The notes beneath the pieces are model-generated. The model had not been told where the DNA came from and did no database searches. It was given only the letters and a program-made list of their open reading frames with translations. Shown here piece after piece: positions 9,670 through 19,309 of a stretch of 64,000 bases of DNA. Where the stretch lies: positions 1 through 64,000 of IMG/VR virus record IMGVR_UViG_3300032294_002797. One strand, written 5' to 3'. A program made the position numbers and the translations under genes. The first letter of the stretch is position 1; every line of letters begins with the position of its first letter.

Positions 9670-9852
9670 TTATAGTATTGCTTTGTTTAGAGATGTTTTG
9701 TCTATGATAGATATATTACCATCGCTATCTTCCTCAATGTATAGATTTTTGGACTCATAGATTTTTATTGGATTCTTAGGTGGGCCATTGTTCAGTTTGT
9801 CCCACTCTTGTTTAAGTTTATCAATATGATATTGAACAGTTTTATCGATCAT
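9670..9852 (-). CDS. hypothetical protein
   Basis: Packed ORF. Confidence 0.55.
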   Translation of the reverse strand: MIDKTVQYHIDKLKQEWDKLNNGPPKNPIKIYESKNLYIEEDSDGNISIIDKTSLNKAIL

Positions 9853-10332
9853 AATCCATATCCTTTAAGAATATTTGTAACATAATTTTGTGTTTTAATA
9901 ATATCTATGGCTCTGATAGCATCTTCTAAAGATATAAATTCATATGGCATATCGGGCAAAACTATAGGGACGCCATTTTGTAAGACAACAAATTTATTGT
10001 CTTGTTTAGTAATAGATAGATTCATTTCTTTTCCTCTATTTTAGATTTTACCCACTCAAACCATTGATCTGGAGTAAAATTATAGTATCCTTATAATCTT
10101 GAACACAAGAGATAGCATAAGCAATATCTTCAGCCAGTGTTGGTTTAGTCATTATTTTCTTGCAACACTCCATTCAAATATTTAGCCAAATTCTCCACAT
10201 CATCTTCAGTCCAAACATATTCATGACCATTAGCATTACCATGCTCAATATCAAGTTGGTAACTTTCCAGAGAGTCAAGAATTAGGCCAATTTCATGCTT
10301 ATCAAGATTAATGTTCATTACTTTTCTCCATA

Positions 10333-10512
10333 ATATTGACCATGATGTACCAACTGCACCCGTCCCTACAATTTATTCCACTAAAAGAGGGCCGCTTTAA
10401 TAATAGGATATTTGGAACTATTATTTCACGATTCGGTCTGGTTTAGTCTCCCGTAGGTAAGTATATGACTTATCATCATGGAAAGTCCCATGCGACTCAT
10501 CATAGTCAATAT
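10333..10512 (-). ncRNA. candidate structured RNA (~180 nt)
   Basis: 15-bp closing helix (one G-U on minus strand) with internal hairpins, just downstream of promoter 10532-10559; no ORF of 60 aa or more. Confidence 0.5.
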
Positions 10513-10531
10513 CTAGTTTTGGTCTGACGGC

Positions 10532-10559
10532 AGTTTACCATAACATCGGCACTTGTCAA
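10532..10559 (-). promoter_or_regulatory. sigma70-type early promoter
   Basis: TTGACA-agtgCCGATgttatgg-TAAACT. Confidence 0.7.
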
Positions 10560-10602
10560 CACCAACCTTTAGAAAATATGCCAATATGGTGTATTTATTA
10601 GA

Positions 10603-10699
10603 GTTGAGAGTGTGGTCAGACATTTTCAATACTACAATATAATATCTATCAAACGCCCAGATAATTGTCAACTGACCTTGACGTTATTTGGGCTGTTTG
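10603..10699 (+). ncRNA. structured RNA leader, kissing-loop motif copy 2
   Basis: Hairpin 10603-10630 (loop GGTCAG) and hairpin 10650-10699 (loop CTGACC); complementary loops with compensatory change versus copy 1. Confidence 0.7.
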
Positions 10700-10715
10700 T
10701 TTTAATGGGTCAATT

Positions 10716-11429
10716 ATGACAAATAAAACTTGTAGTAAATGTAACAAAGAGTTTCCAGCAACAAACAAATACTTTCATAAAAATAAAGACCATAAAGATG
10801 GATTAAGAACATGGTGTAAGATTTGTGTTAAAACTTACCAAAATGACCACAAAAAAATTCGTAAATGTTTAGTTTGTCAAGATGACCTAGAACTATATTC
10901 CAAAAAACGATGCAAAAAATGTCAACAAAATTATACTAAACAATGTAGTAAAGAAAGAGATAAATCGGTTAAACGAAAACAGCAAAGTAAATTAAGAACA
11001 AAGAAATTTCATGAAAATAATCCAAATAAATTAAGTGAATATAATAAAAAATATAGAGAAAGATATAATAAATGGAAAAATAGTAAATATAAAAATGATC
11101 TCAATTTTAAATTGCAAAAAGCATTAAGAGACAGACTTTATCATGCTCTGGCTTCTAATATCAAATCTCAACACACAATGGAACTATTAGGATGCTCTAC
11201 AGAACAATTAAAGGTTCATATAGAGTCACAATTTAAAGATGGTATGAGTTGGGATAATTGGTCTATTAAAGGGTGGCATATTGACCATATTCGCCCATGT
11301 TCTTCGTTCGATCTTTCTGATCCTGTTCAACAAAAACAGTGCTTTCATTACTCTAATCTTCAACCATTATGGGCTAGTGAAAACCTAAAAAAGAATAATA
11401 AATGGGTTTCAGACCCAATAGTATTTTGA
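10716..11429 (+). CDS. HNH/endonuclease VII-like homing endonuclease
   Basis: Zn-finger N-terminus; GWHIDHIRPC...FHYSNLQPLWASEN; paralog of 811..1536. Confidence 0.85.
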   Translation: MTNKTCSKCNKEFPATNKYFHKNKDHKDGLRTWCKICVKTYQNDHKKIRKCLVCQDDLELYSKKRCKKCQQNYTKQCSKERDKSVKRKQQSKLRTKKFHENNPNKLSEYNKKYRERYNKWKNSKYKNDLNFKLQKALRDRLYHALASNIKSQHTMELLGCSTEQLKVHIESQFKDGMSWDNWSIKGWHIDHIRPCSSFDLSDPVQQKQCFHYSNLQPLWASENLKKNNKWVSDPIVF

Positions 11430-11465
11430 TTCTTTGATTTTGATGGGATTTAATCCCGATTTCAT

Positions 11466-11633
11466 TCAATTAATGGTTTGATTATACTTTTTAATAGGAA
11501 CAATAGCCCTTAGACGATTATGAATAATGGTCAAATTATTACGGTCAATGCTAACTTTATCGTTCAAAGTTTGACTAATAACAGACTTCAACAGGGCTAT
11601 TTCTTTATCGGTCAATAAAACATTTCTATACAT
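11466..11633 (-). CDS. hypothetical protein
   Basis: Start moved to MYRNVL, downstream of a TTGACA-17-TATAGT promoter at 11680-11708. Confidence 0.55.
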   Translation of the reverse strand: MYRNVLLTDKEIALLKSVISQTLNDKVSIDRNNLTIIHNRLRAIVPIKKYNQTIN

Positions 11634-12340
11634 AAATCCCCTATAAAACACAACATTAGTACCATTACCAGTAGTATCCACTATACCAGACGATACGGTA
11701 GTTGTCAATAGGGTTTATCGACCATTCCTACTTGGCCCCTTTAATCAATTTTCACCACGGGCAAAAGCAATAAGTAAAAATCGATCACTTTTAACTAATA
11801 ATAGAATCTATTAGCTTTTATTGTGATGCTTTCGCCTCATTGTAGGATGGTTGAGAGGTATATTGTGGGGAATTTGAGGGGACAGAAAAGATATTTACTA
11901 AAAAATAATGAACAGAAATCATGGAAACTATTGTTACCAGACCTATAAAAGCTAGATTTTTGATAAAAGGAATATGGAATTGATCATTTTTCATTTTTCG
12001 TTCCTAACTATGAAAATGGTAAAGATTGTACAGAATAAAAAAACAATACCTAATATTATCCATGTGCTTAATTCGTTGTTACTCATTTTTCAAACTCATA
12101 AATGGTGCAGAGATAAGAAAATAATAGGCCATAAAATATTAAAACCCCACTTAATATCCAATGACCATAATCCCTGAGATACCCCAACTCATCGTCCATA
12201 GTATTTTCCTATGTGGTATAGGACTGATAGTACTAATAGTAATCCTATTGCACAAATATAGATTCTTGTAATTGGATCATGAACCAAAGTTGGTAATAGT
12301 GGCTTCCTAACTATTGTAACAACTTGGCCGAATAACCCAA

Positions 12341-12580
12341 TCATTGGGGGCCAAATCCAAATGTGGAAAATACCTTATCCTTAATACTCTTTAGTCGATC
12401 TATAAGTTTAAGATCAGTAGGAATAGTAACAGGAATACTAATAGGAATAGGGGCCGGAATAGGAACAACAACATTAATATCTTTTACTAGTTTAGTCGCA
12501 CACTTGTTACTACAAGATTTTTTCCCACACTTTTTCTTGGGCGAAGCTTTTTTGCTAATTTTCTTTTTCTTTTCTGACAT
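12341..12580 (-). CDS. Lys-rich hypothetical protein
   Basis: Basic N-terminus, Pro/Ile-rich middle. Confidence 0.6.
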   Translation of the reverse strand: MSEKKKKISKKASPKKKCGKKSCSNKCATKLVKDINVVVPIPAPIPISIPVTIPTDLKLIDRLKSIKDKVFSTFGFGPQ

Positions 12581-12646
12581 AATAATCTTTCTACTTTTGG
12601 CTGACTATTTCCATAATTTCCAAATAACTAGGATTAGATGAGACAA

Positions 12647-13048
12647 TTATATTCCAAAGCAAATCTTGCTGGCTGCTTTAAAATGTTGATCACTTCCTAT
12701 TTTAAGAAATTCTAAGTATGAATTAAACGCGCTTTCATTAACTTTGATCCATCTCATTTGGTCTTTACATACTTTTTCTATAAATGTAGGTTTATTGTCA
12801 GATAAAGAGTATGTTGTCCTAGGATCATAAATTTTACCATTATCTATTCTAACATAGTAGACATATGATAGATCCTTAGACAAAAAATCTTTCATATTTT
12901 TAGGCTCCAAACCTTTTCTAGCAAATACATATTCATCCCATTGATTTCTTAATGAACAACCGGACTCATCGGTATTCTCAGAATAATCGGATGTTGTATA
13001 GTAGAAATATGGTTTTTTACCAGTAGACGATGGCGAAAATATGGTCAT
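12647..13048 (-). CDS. hypothetical protein
   Basis: 133-aa ORF with ATGA coupling. Confidence 0.7.
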   Translation of the reverse strand: MTIFSPSSTGKKPYFYYTTSDYSENTDESGCSLRNQWDEYVFARKGLEPKNMKDFLSKDLSYVYYVRIDNGKIYDPRTTYSLSDNKPTFIEKVCKDQMRWIKVNESAFNSYLEFLKIGSDQHFKAASKICFGI

Positions 13049-13221
13049 GATAATTCTTTATAAGTTAATTTAGGTTGTAATGATATATCTTCTGTTATGT
13101 CCACAATATCTATAATTAAGATTTTATTAGTCAAATTTTCATTTTTAGGTATAATTTTTTGTATATCAGCACATAGTTTTTCGCACAATATCTGATGATC
13201 CAATTTGTAGGCAAGTTTCAT
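13045..13221 (-). CDS. hypothetical protein
   Basis: Start moved to MKLAYKL. Confidence 0.55.
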   Translation of the reverse strand: MKLAYKLDHQILCEKLCADIQKIIPKNENLTNKILIIDIVDITEDISLQPKLTYKELS

Positions 13222-13256
13222 GATATTATAGAAATAACTGTAGCCGGTAACAAGTG

Positions 13257-13598
13257 TTATCTCCAACTGCGTACTCTGTACCAACGTCCATTATTTCCTT
13301 GAGCACTAGCATCTCCTGTTAATTTCATATTATTACTAGGCACACAAGTATTACAGTTAGGACTATTACCATAACCAACTCCTTCAAAGTTTCCTATAGT
13401 ACCCCAGACATGACCGCTGATATTATTAGCTGCCATATGATTTGCTTCTGCCTGACATCTTTCTTGGTCACTACCAAAACTATTAGTATACGAATAAGTC
13501 TTTACTGTTGGCTGACTATAATTGTACACTCTTGGTTTTGCTGCTTGTGCTACATTAACAAATAGTAATAGTACTAACAATCCATTTAATAGTTTCAT
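13257..13598 (-). CDS. secreted protein (signal peptide, Cys-containing)
   Basis: MKLLNGLLVLLLFVNVAQA signal peptide; AGGAGG RBS. Confidence 0.75.
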   Translation of the reverse strand: MKLLNGLLVLLLFVNVAQAAKPRVYNYSQPTVKTYSYTNSFGSDQERCQAEANHMAANNISGHVWGTIGNFEGVGYGNSPNCNTCVPSNNMKLTGDASAQGNNGRWYRVRSWR

Positions 13599-13616
13599 AT
13601 TTCCTCCTTGAGAGTA

Positions 13617-13648
13617 TAAAATAAACCCCCGAGTTTTTTCGGGGGATT
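13617..13648 (-). terminator. intrinsic terminator
   Basis: CCCCCGA-AAAAAC-TCGGGGG hairpin plus T-rich tail. Confidence 0.65.
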
Positions 13649-13676
13649 ATAATGTATTGTAAATATTGGTTAAGTA

Positions 13677-13892
13677 TTAACGCACAACACTACGGCAGCG
13701 ATTAACTACCTTGCTACCAACATTACGGGTAGCCTGAACTGTGCGACGAGTTACTGTTACTGGAACATTAATAATTTCACGAGTAACATTAACAGTACGA
13801 CTACGCAGCGTACAATTGCCAGTAGGACATTCTCCAGCAATTGCTGATGTTCCGGCAATCATTAGTAAAAGCATCATAACAAACTTAATCAT
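13677..13892 (-). CDS. small secreted protein
   Basis: Signal peptide, then CPTGNC and a Val/Arg/Thr-rich tail. Confidence 0.75.
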   Translation of the reverse strand: MIKFVMMLLLMIAGTSAIAGECPTGNCTLRSRTVNVTREIINVPVTVTRRTVQATRNVGSKVVNRCRSVVR

Positions 13893-13996
13893 AGTTTTCT
13901 CCTATTAAAGTAATGTCGCATCCCTGCGACCGATTTATCCTATACTAACGACTGAGACATAAGGGTCAACTTAGAATATCTTAAGGGGCTCGTATT

Positions 13997-14044
13997 CTCG
14001 CTGACTACAACCACAAAAACCAAATCCGGCGGATTAGCTAAGAC
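13997..14044. repeat. dispersed repeat family B copy 1
   Basis: GCTGACTA-N14-AAATCCGNNGGATTA-N5-GAC. Confidence 0.8.
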
Positions 14045-14224
14045 TAATCGCCGGACCTGATTATCTCTAAAGATTGATAAAAATCGTTTATAGATTTTTA
14101 CTACCTATATGTGGATTCCAAAAATAACTATACCAAACTCCTAACCCAATCAATGTTAGCAGAGTAAATGTTAATCCACCAATCCAATACCAATTAACTA
14201 AAGGAATGTCTATCATAAGTCACC

Positions 14225-14467
14225 TCATATAGTAATGTATTCAGTATCTTTTATTTTAGATTTACTAATTTTGGGTCTGTGACCAACCTTAGTAATCTTG
14301 CCTCTATGATCCTTATGTTCCAAAGACATAAAGCAACGCTCCCCGCGATCATCGTAGTCTTTGAAGTGAAAGTCATAATTTTTTAAAACATCCTCTGGTG
14401 ATGTGTCGGAGTCATAAATCTCTCCCTCTACATCGAAAGCCAGAGTTCTATGGAAGGTTCTAGGCAT
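14225..14467 (-). CDS. hypothetical protein
   Basis: GAGGAG RBS. Confidence 0.7.
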   Translation of the reverse strand: MPRTFHRTLAFDVEGEIYDSDTSPEDVLKNYDFHFKDYDDRGERCFMSLEHKDHRGKITKVGHRPKISKSKIKDTEYITI

Positions 14468-14756
14468 GATGATACTCCTCTTCTGAAGATGGACTATCTT
14501 GATAGAATTTAGACTCTTTGTTTTTAGTTAAAGTAGCGGGTTGATTAAAATCTTCCCAATTTTCTACTAAAACTTCAGGAGCTTCTTTTCTTATCTCAGA
14601 TTCCAAAGCATAATCAGATGACTTATCTTTTTCTTTAGATAGATAGTCTCTTAACCGATCCTTAATCTGCATGAAATCTAGCTCACCCAGAATTTGATCT
14701 ATATACTTTCTCTGAATCTCTTTCCTATTAACCTCTCTGATATATCGGCTCTTCAT
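14460..14756 (-). CDS. hypothetical protein
   Basis: GAGGTG RBS; weak resemblance to 15690..15887. Confidence 0.7.
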   Translation of the reverse strand: MKSRYIREVNRKEIQRKYIDQILGELDFMQIKDRLRDYLSKEKDKSSDYALESEIRKEAPEVLVENWEDFNQPATLTKNKESKFYQDSPSSEEEYHHA

Positions 14757-14921
14757 AAATCACCTCATGGTTTCAAAGTTAAAAAACACTTTAGCCCATG
14801 ATTCCATCGTCCCTCACAGTATGGTCTGTGATTGATTATCAGCCCCGTGGACAAGTGTCATTATACCACACGAGGTTATGGACGCAAATTTTTAAAAGAG
14901 AGAGTTTTTCGGTCAGACTAT

Positions 14922-15107
14922 CTATTTAGAATCGTTTACAATCACTTTTGGAATGACATCATTAAGATCAAAAATATTTTCGTTGGTTATCAACTCTGTT
15001 TTAGAAAACCAAGCTTGTGGCTTATGAAAGTTTGGGTTGTTGTCAACGAAGTATCTTTGTCCTAACAAAAGATAAAAGCATAAAACTGGATCAAGAGGTA
15101 TAAGCAT
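14922..15107 (-). CDS. hypothetical protein
   Basis: Small ORF. Confidence 0.45.
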   Translation of the reverse strand: MLIPLDPVLCFYLLLGQRYFVDNNPNFHKPQAWFSKTELITNENIFDLNDVIPKVIVNDSK

Positions 15108-15350
15108 TGTTATTTAAAAAAATAGTGTCTTGACCATACAAATGATAACCTTATATATTATGCAGAGGGGGTGATAATTACTAGTAGAGGCGGTTACTTA
15201 ATACTTATATAACTACTATACTCTAGAGATCACCAAGCCGTCAATCATACCGCAAATAATACAACCTATAAAAATAGCATACAGCATCTGTAAAATTTCC
15301 TCAAGGTGTTGACAAGACCAATGTTGTTCGTATAATACTGCGTAGGCCGA

Positions 15351-15536
15351 TTATCCTGTTGTTACATTCATATTTGCTCCTGAGTTGTCAAGTGATTGAT
15401 ACAAACCATCAATATAATCCCGGTCAGACTCAGACAGGGACTTATCATTCCAATGAGCATATGAAAGGGCATCAAGAATAATCTCCATATCTTTGGTGCT
15501 AAATTTATATGAACCGTATTCTTCGTCGTATTTCAT
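15351..15536 (-). CDS. hypothetical protein
   Basis: GAGG RBS; DMEIILDAL motif shared with 6376..6576. Confidence 0.65.
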   Translation of the reverse strand: MKYDEEYGSYKFSTKDMEIILDALSYAHWNDKSLSESDRDYIDGLYQSLDNSGANMNVTTG

Positions 15537-15660
15537 AAACTAACCTCTCTTGTAAACAAGATAAATAGAACTAATGAAGCAACCGTAAACTAAACAGATC
15601 AGAGTAAAATATATCACTTGCACTCCTCCATACTACCAGTATACCAGACCTATCGGTCGC

Positions 15661-15689
15661 CGCAACCCCTTGACTATAAAGAACTTACA
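15661..15689. repeat. family A single 29-bp site (degenerate)
   Basis: CGCAACCCCTT-N7-AAGAACTTACA; abuts the stop codon at 15690. Confidence 0.6.
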
Positions 15690-15887
15690 TCATTCGGCCA
15701 GAATATCAGGATAAAATTCTTTGATCTCATTCTCCAAAGGCTCATTATCCATCAAGTCTTTACTTTCCACTAACTTTTCATAAGCCCAACTATAAAGAGT
15801 ATCCAAATCCATACCATCTAAGATACTAGAAGCATAAACTCTAATAATATCATCACGATTTTTATCAGTAACAGTAATTATTCCCAT
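15690..15887 (-). CDS. hypothetical protein
   Basis: GGAGA RBS. Confidence 0.7.
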   Translation of the reverse strand: MGIITVTDKNRDDIIRVYASSILDGMDLDTLYSWAYEKLVESKDLMDNEPLENEIKEFYPDILAE

Positions 15888-16170
15888 TCTTTAATCTCCA
15901 CAATATTTTCAGGACCAAAATCCCCAAAGAACTCAGGGTCGGTATATAGTTTATTATTCAGATAATTAGCGATCCTATCCTTATCATAGTCAAGATCATC
16001 GTCTACAATAAGTTCCATACTAATCTTAATTACTTTCATCAGGAACATCTCCAATTACTTCATCAATATACCAATCATAACCCTTATCATCCATCACCCG
16101 TAATTCCTCACTAAGAATCTCAATAGCATTAGTAGCCTCTTGACTATCAGGGTCTTTAATAGAGGGCTCG

Positions 16171-16353
16171 TCAAATATTACAACAATCTTCATGCTTTTT
16201 TCCCTTATTAATTTCAGTCATATAAATATTAGCAACCCTCAAATACATCTCACAATCAGTAAGATACTTCTCATTACCAGTATCCATATACCACTTGAGT
16301 CTTTGACTAGAACAATCTAAGGTATAATTAAGTGATCGAATAATATCCTCCAT
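16171..16353 (-). CDS. hypothetical protein
   Basis: Purine-rich RBS. Confidence 0.55.
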   Translation of the reverse strand: MEDIIRSLNYTLDCSSQRLKWYMDTGNEKYLTDCEMYLRVANIYMTEINKGKKHEDCCNI

Positions 16354-16502
16354 CCTCTTCCTTTCTGCACAATTAAGGTCCGTACAATAACAAAAACTGA
16401 ACCCATAGATATACTATCAGATAGTACAGAAAATTAGGAGGGGGTTCTAATATTTTCATAATACATGCTCCTTAGAACATATATTATAATATACCCCTAA
16501 AA

Positions 16503-16550
16503 CTCGCTGACTATCACTAAGACCGCCAAATCTGTAGGATTAGGTGAGAC
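16503..16550. repeat. dispersed repeat family B copy 2
   Basis: GCTGACTA-N14-AAATCTGTAGGATTA-N5-GAC. Confidence 0.8.
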
Positions 16551-16649
16551 TATAAAAATATCTTATATTGAGAACTAATCTCAACTAATTATTTACTATA
16601 TCTTTTACAACCTTGTTACTATTACAGTATACCACACTCTAAAGGTTGT

Positions 16650-16678
16650 CGCAAGTGGTTGACTCATAAGAACTTAGA
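16650..16678. repeat. family A single 29-bp site
   Basis: CGCAAGTGGTT-N7-AAGAACTTAGA. Confidence 0.6.
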
Positions 16679-16708
16679 ATCAGTAGTTCTTGTTACTATA
16701 TCAATATT

Positions 16709-16755
16709 CTCGCTGACTATCGCCAAGACCGCAAATCCGCTGGATTAGGCGAGAC
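16709..16755. repeat. dispersed repeat family B copy 3
   Basis: GCTGACTA-N13-AAATCCGCTGGATTA-N5-GAC. Confidence 0.8.
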
Positions 16756-16799
16756 AAATTAAAAGATTCTACTCTTTATATTTATAGTTAAGATTTTAA

Positions 16800-16828
16800 C
16801 CTAACCCTTTGTCCCATAAAGACTTACA
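16800..16828. repeat. family A single 29-bp site
   Basis: CCTAACCCTTT-N7-AAAGACTTACA. Confidence 0.65.
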
Positions 16829-16884
16829 TCCACACACCTATCCATTATATCGGCACTGTGGCGTTTTGTCTATAACTTTTTTGA

Positions 16885-16966
16885 CGTAACCCGTTGTGGC
16901 ACTTAAACTTACGACAAAATTTCGGGGCCCGATTTGCCCTAAGTCCTTTGATACCAAGCACTTACG
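16885..16966. repeat. 82-bp double-palindrome element (family A) copy 1
   Basis: 29+24+29 bp architecture. Confidence 0.9.
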
Positions 16967-16984
16967 TCAAATGATGTTGAATCA

Positions 16985-17031
16985 AAAGAGAAAGCCGCAG
17001 CCGGTTTCCCAGCCACGGCTCTCCCCCTTTT
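16985..17031 (-). terminator. intrinsic terminator
   Basis: Long GC-rich hairpin with GAAA-type loop and T-rich tail after the DUF932 gene. Confidence 0.7.
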
Positions 17032-17049
17032 CATCGTGACACGAAAAGA

Positions 17050-17997
17050 TCAGACGGCGTTCGCAAACTCCACTGCGGTATTGAGTGCCTTGAGATTATC
17101 AACTCCGTTCTGGCCGAACCAGAGAGAGTCAAGGCGATTGCTCACATTGCGACCCTTAGTATAATTCAGGTATTCATTGTAGCCGTTATAAGCAGCCCAC
17201 CATGTACCCCGAACCCCCGTTGCACTCTGCTTCGGGCCTTCAACAAGGGCGAGAATCTCGTCCATGATATTGCGGGTACGGGTTTTGATATCCTCGTCGG
17301 GAGTCTTATCAATACCCAGCACCACCTTCACATAACGCTTGATATCTGCTTGATTGAAGTCCTTACTGGCGAGGAACCGATACTGTTCCGCAGTAGCCTC
17401 AAACTGAGCATTGATATTGTCCATAATATCACGCACGTTTTCCAGATTGGTCTTGCTGGAACGAGTGTGACGAATACGAATCAACTGGCTATCCTTACTG
17501 GAGTGAGCAGCCGCAAGCGTATTCACGCACACGACGCGAATCGGAGTATATCCGACGCGAATCGACGTGGTGCCGTCATGGCTGTTCGACAGCAGAATGA
17601 ACTTGCTCACCTCGTCACCGGGAACAATCTCGCTGTTCGAGCGGTTGAGTTGAGCCAGAACCCAAACCTTTTCACCTTCGGAGAGAGAGCCAGCCGTATG
17701 CAACTGGCACTCACCAGCGTCGAGAAACGGCTGGAACCAATCGAAAGCGGCTTGATTCTGGAGCGGCGTATAACGCGGCCCCACAACACCCAGCACGCGA
17801 TTATCATCCTTACGATAGGTAGCCTTGGCATTGACCAATGTACCCTCTGCGGTAAACAAATCCTTTGTGCCAACTTCCCAATCCAGACCAGCAGCGGTAA
17901 TCGCTTCGCCGATAGAGGGATTTTCGTCCAACTGCGTACCCTCACCATGCCAAGGGGTAGCACCAACAAACATCATCTTTTCAACCATAGCAGGCAT
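17050..17997 (-). CDS. DUF932 family phage/plasmid-like protein
   Basis: PWHGEG, AGLDWEV, LGVVGPRYTPLQN, LLSNSHDGT, TPIRVVCVNT and GTWWAAYN motifs. Confidence 0.9.
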   Translation of the reverse strand: MPAMVEKMMFVGATPWHGEGTQLDENPSIGEAITAAGLDWEVGTKDLFTAEGTLVNAKATYRKDDNRVLGVVGPRYTPLQNQAAFDWFQPFLDAGECQLHTAGSLSEGEKVWVLAQLNRSNSEIVPGDEVSKFILLSNSHDGTTSIRVGYTPIRVVCVNTLAAAHSSKDSQLIRIRHTRSSKTNLENVRDIMDNINAQFEATAEQYRFLASKDFNQADIKRYVKVVLGIDKTPDEDIKTRTRNIMDEILALVEGPKQSATGVRGTWWAAYNGYNEYLNYTKGRNVSNRLDSLWFGQNGVDNLKALNTAVEFANAV

Positions 17998-18039
17998 AAT
18001 CAACCCTTTCGTGTTATCGTTCTTCGTTCAACTGTACTG

Positions 18040-18068
18040 ATTCTACACTATAGATATCGGCCTGTCAA
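18040..18068 (-). promoter_or_regulatory. sigma70-type early promoter with CCGATA box
   Basis: TTGACA-ggCCGATAtctatagtg-TAGAAT. Confidence 0.8.
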
Positions 18069-18096
18069 GCAGAAAACTTGCGAAAAAATTTCGTGA

Positions 18097-18178
18097 CGCA
18101 AACCCTTGTCGCACAAGCACTTACGTCAAAATCGGCCCGCCCGATTTGCCCTAAGTCTTTGCTGGGGCAGGATTTAGG
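18097..18178. repeat. 82-bp element copy 2
   Basis: 29+24+29; contains the stop codon of 18151..18657. Confidence 0.9.
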
Positions 18179-18657
18179 AGAGGCACCCGGAAATCCTTCT
18201 CAAACATTTTAACCGTGTCTGAGCGATAAGCACATTCGTCTGGCATATAGCAATAAACACCTACACACTGTGCTTTGGGACAATCTTCATGGATAGTATT
18301 TTTAATATGCCTAATGGTTGAGCCAGAGCAAACTAGATCATCAACAATAATGTATCTGAATGGAGTTACTCCCTCCATAGGAAAATCGCTGTAGCATTTC
18401 TCATCTGGCTTACGAATAAGAACAATATGTTTTTTCAGTAATTCAGCAATTTGTGGAACAACAACAAGTCCACTCACACCACAACAAGCAATACTATCAA
18501 ACTCGTTAGCAATCTTTCTTAGATCACAAACAGCCTTGATAATAACTTTGTTTCTGGCCTGATGATTTAATACCCTGCAAGTGTGGCTAGCACCTTGAAT
18601 AATCTTACCATCTTCGGTGCGTCTAAAGTCTTCAACCATATTATTCATCACATTCAT
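18151..18657 (-). CDS. phosphoribosyltransferase-like protein
   Basis: PRPP-binding motif YIIVDDLVCSGST; IACCGVSG; LIRK. Confidence 0.8.
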   Translation of the reverse strand: MNVMNNMVEDFRRTEDGKIIQGASHTCRVLNHQARNKVIIKAVCDLRKIANEFDSIACCGVSGLVVVPQIAELLKKHIVLIRKPDEKCYSDFPMEGVTPFRYIIVDDLVCSGSTIRHIKNTIHEDCPKAQCVGVYCYMPDECAYRSDTVKMFEKDFRVPLLNPAPAKT

Positions 18658-18748
18658 AAAAACGGACGGTACGATTTGAACGTACTAGAAAGAAAGGAAA
18701 GAAAGAATAGATACTTGTCCCACCAAGTTGCGTCCGTTCAGAAAAGAT

Positions 18749-18943
18749 TCAATCGTCAATTAGTTCGTCTGTGATATTATGATAATAGTTTTCCCAGCCA
18801 GCATTATCCATAGTCTCAGTCTCGTCTTCATCAAGACCAGCCCAAGGCTCATCAGTGCCATCATTATAGTAGCACTCGTCTTCATACAATTCTTCAGAAT
18901 TGTCTAGAATATTATGATAGTCATATTCAAAATCTCTACTCAT
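18749..18943 (-). CDS. acidic hypothetical protein
   Basis: AGGAG RBS; very Asp/Glu-rich. Confidence 0.6.
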   Translation of the reverse strand: MSRDFEYDYHNILDNSEELYEDECYYNDGTDEPWAGLDEDETETMDNAGWENYYHNITDELIDD

Positions 18944-18993
18944 CTCTTTTCTCCTTTGAAAACTATCATACACCAATCAGCCGGTTTGTCAAG

Positions 18994-19066
18994 TGGGGCC
19001 TGTGGGACTCGAACCCACGACCAAAGGTTTAAAAGACCCTTGCTCTACCAACTGAGCTAAAGCCCC
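18994..19066 (-). tRNA. trnK: tRNA-Lys(TTT)
   Basis: Full cloverleaf, anticodon loop CT-TTT-AA, TTCGA T-loop; own promoter. Confidence 0.95.
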
Positions 19067-19106
19067 TACTTTGTATAGTTTATCCTATCGCTTCCATATT
19101 GTCAAG

Positions 19107-19178
19107 TGACCCCAATGAGAATCGAACTCATATTAACAGATTGAAAGTCTGCTTTCCTAACCATTAGAAGATGGGGCC
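19107..19178 (-). tRNA. trnE: tRNA-Glu(TTC)
   Basis: Cloverleaf, loop CT-TTC-AA. Confidence 0.9.
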
Positions 19179-19309
19179 ACTCCCGCAACTCAACGTCAGC
19201 CTCCGTTTTGCTATTGTACATAATCGGTATTCTGTTGTCAAGACTTGAGTTGTTTTTGAATCGAAATGGTGTATAATGACTTAGTGAGTTGTACTACAGG
19301 AGTTCCATT

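Noticed and set aside
10430-10505. Hammerhead ribozyme (TGATGAG...GAAA)
   Set aside because: Core reads ATGATGA rather than CTGANGA, and the stem arrangement does not fit
17350-18096. 248-aa + strand ORF
   Set aside because: Antisense shadow of the GC-rich DUF932 gene
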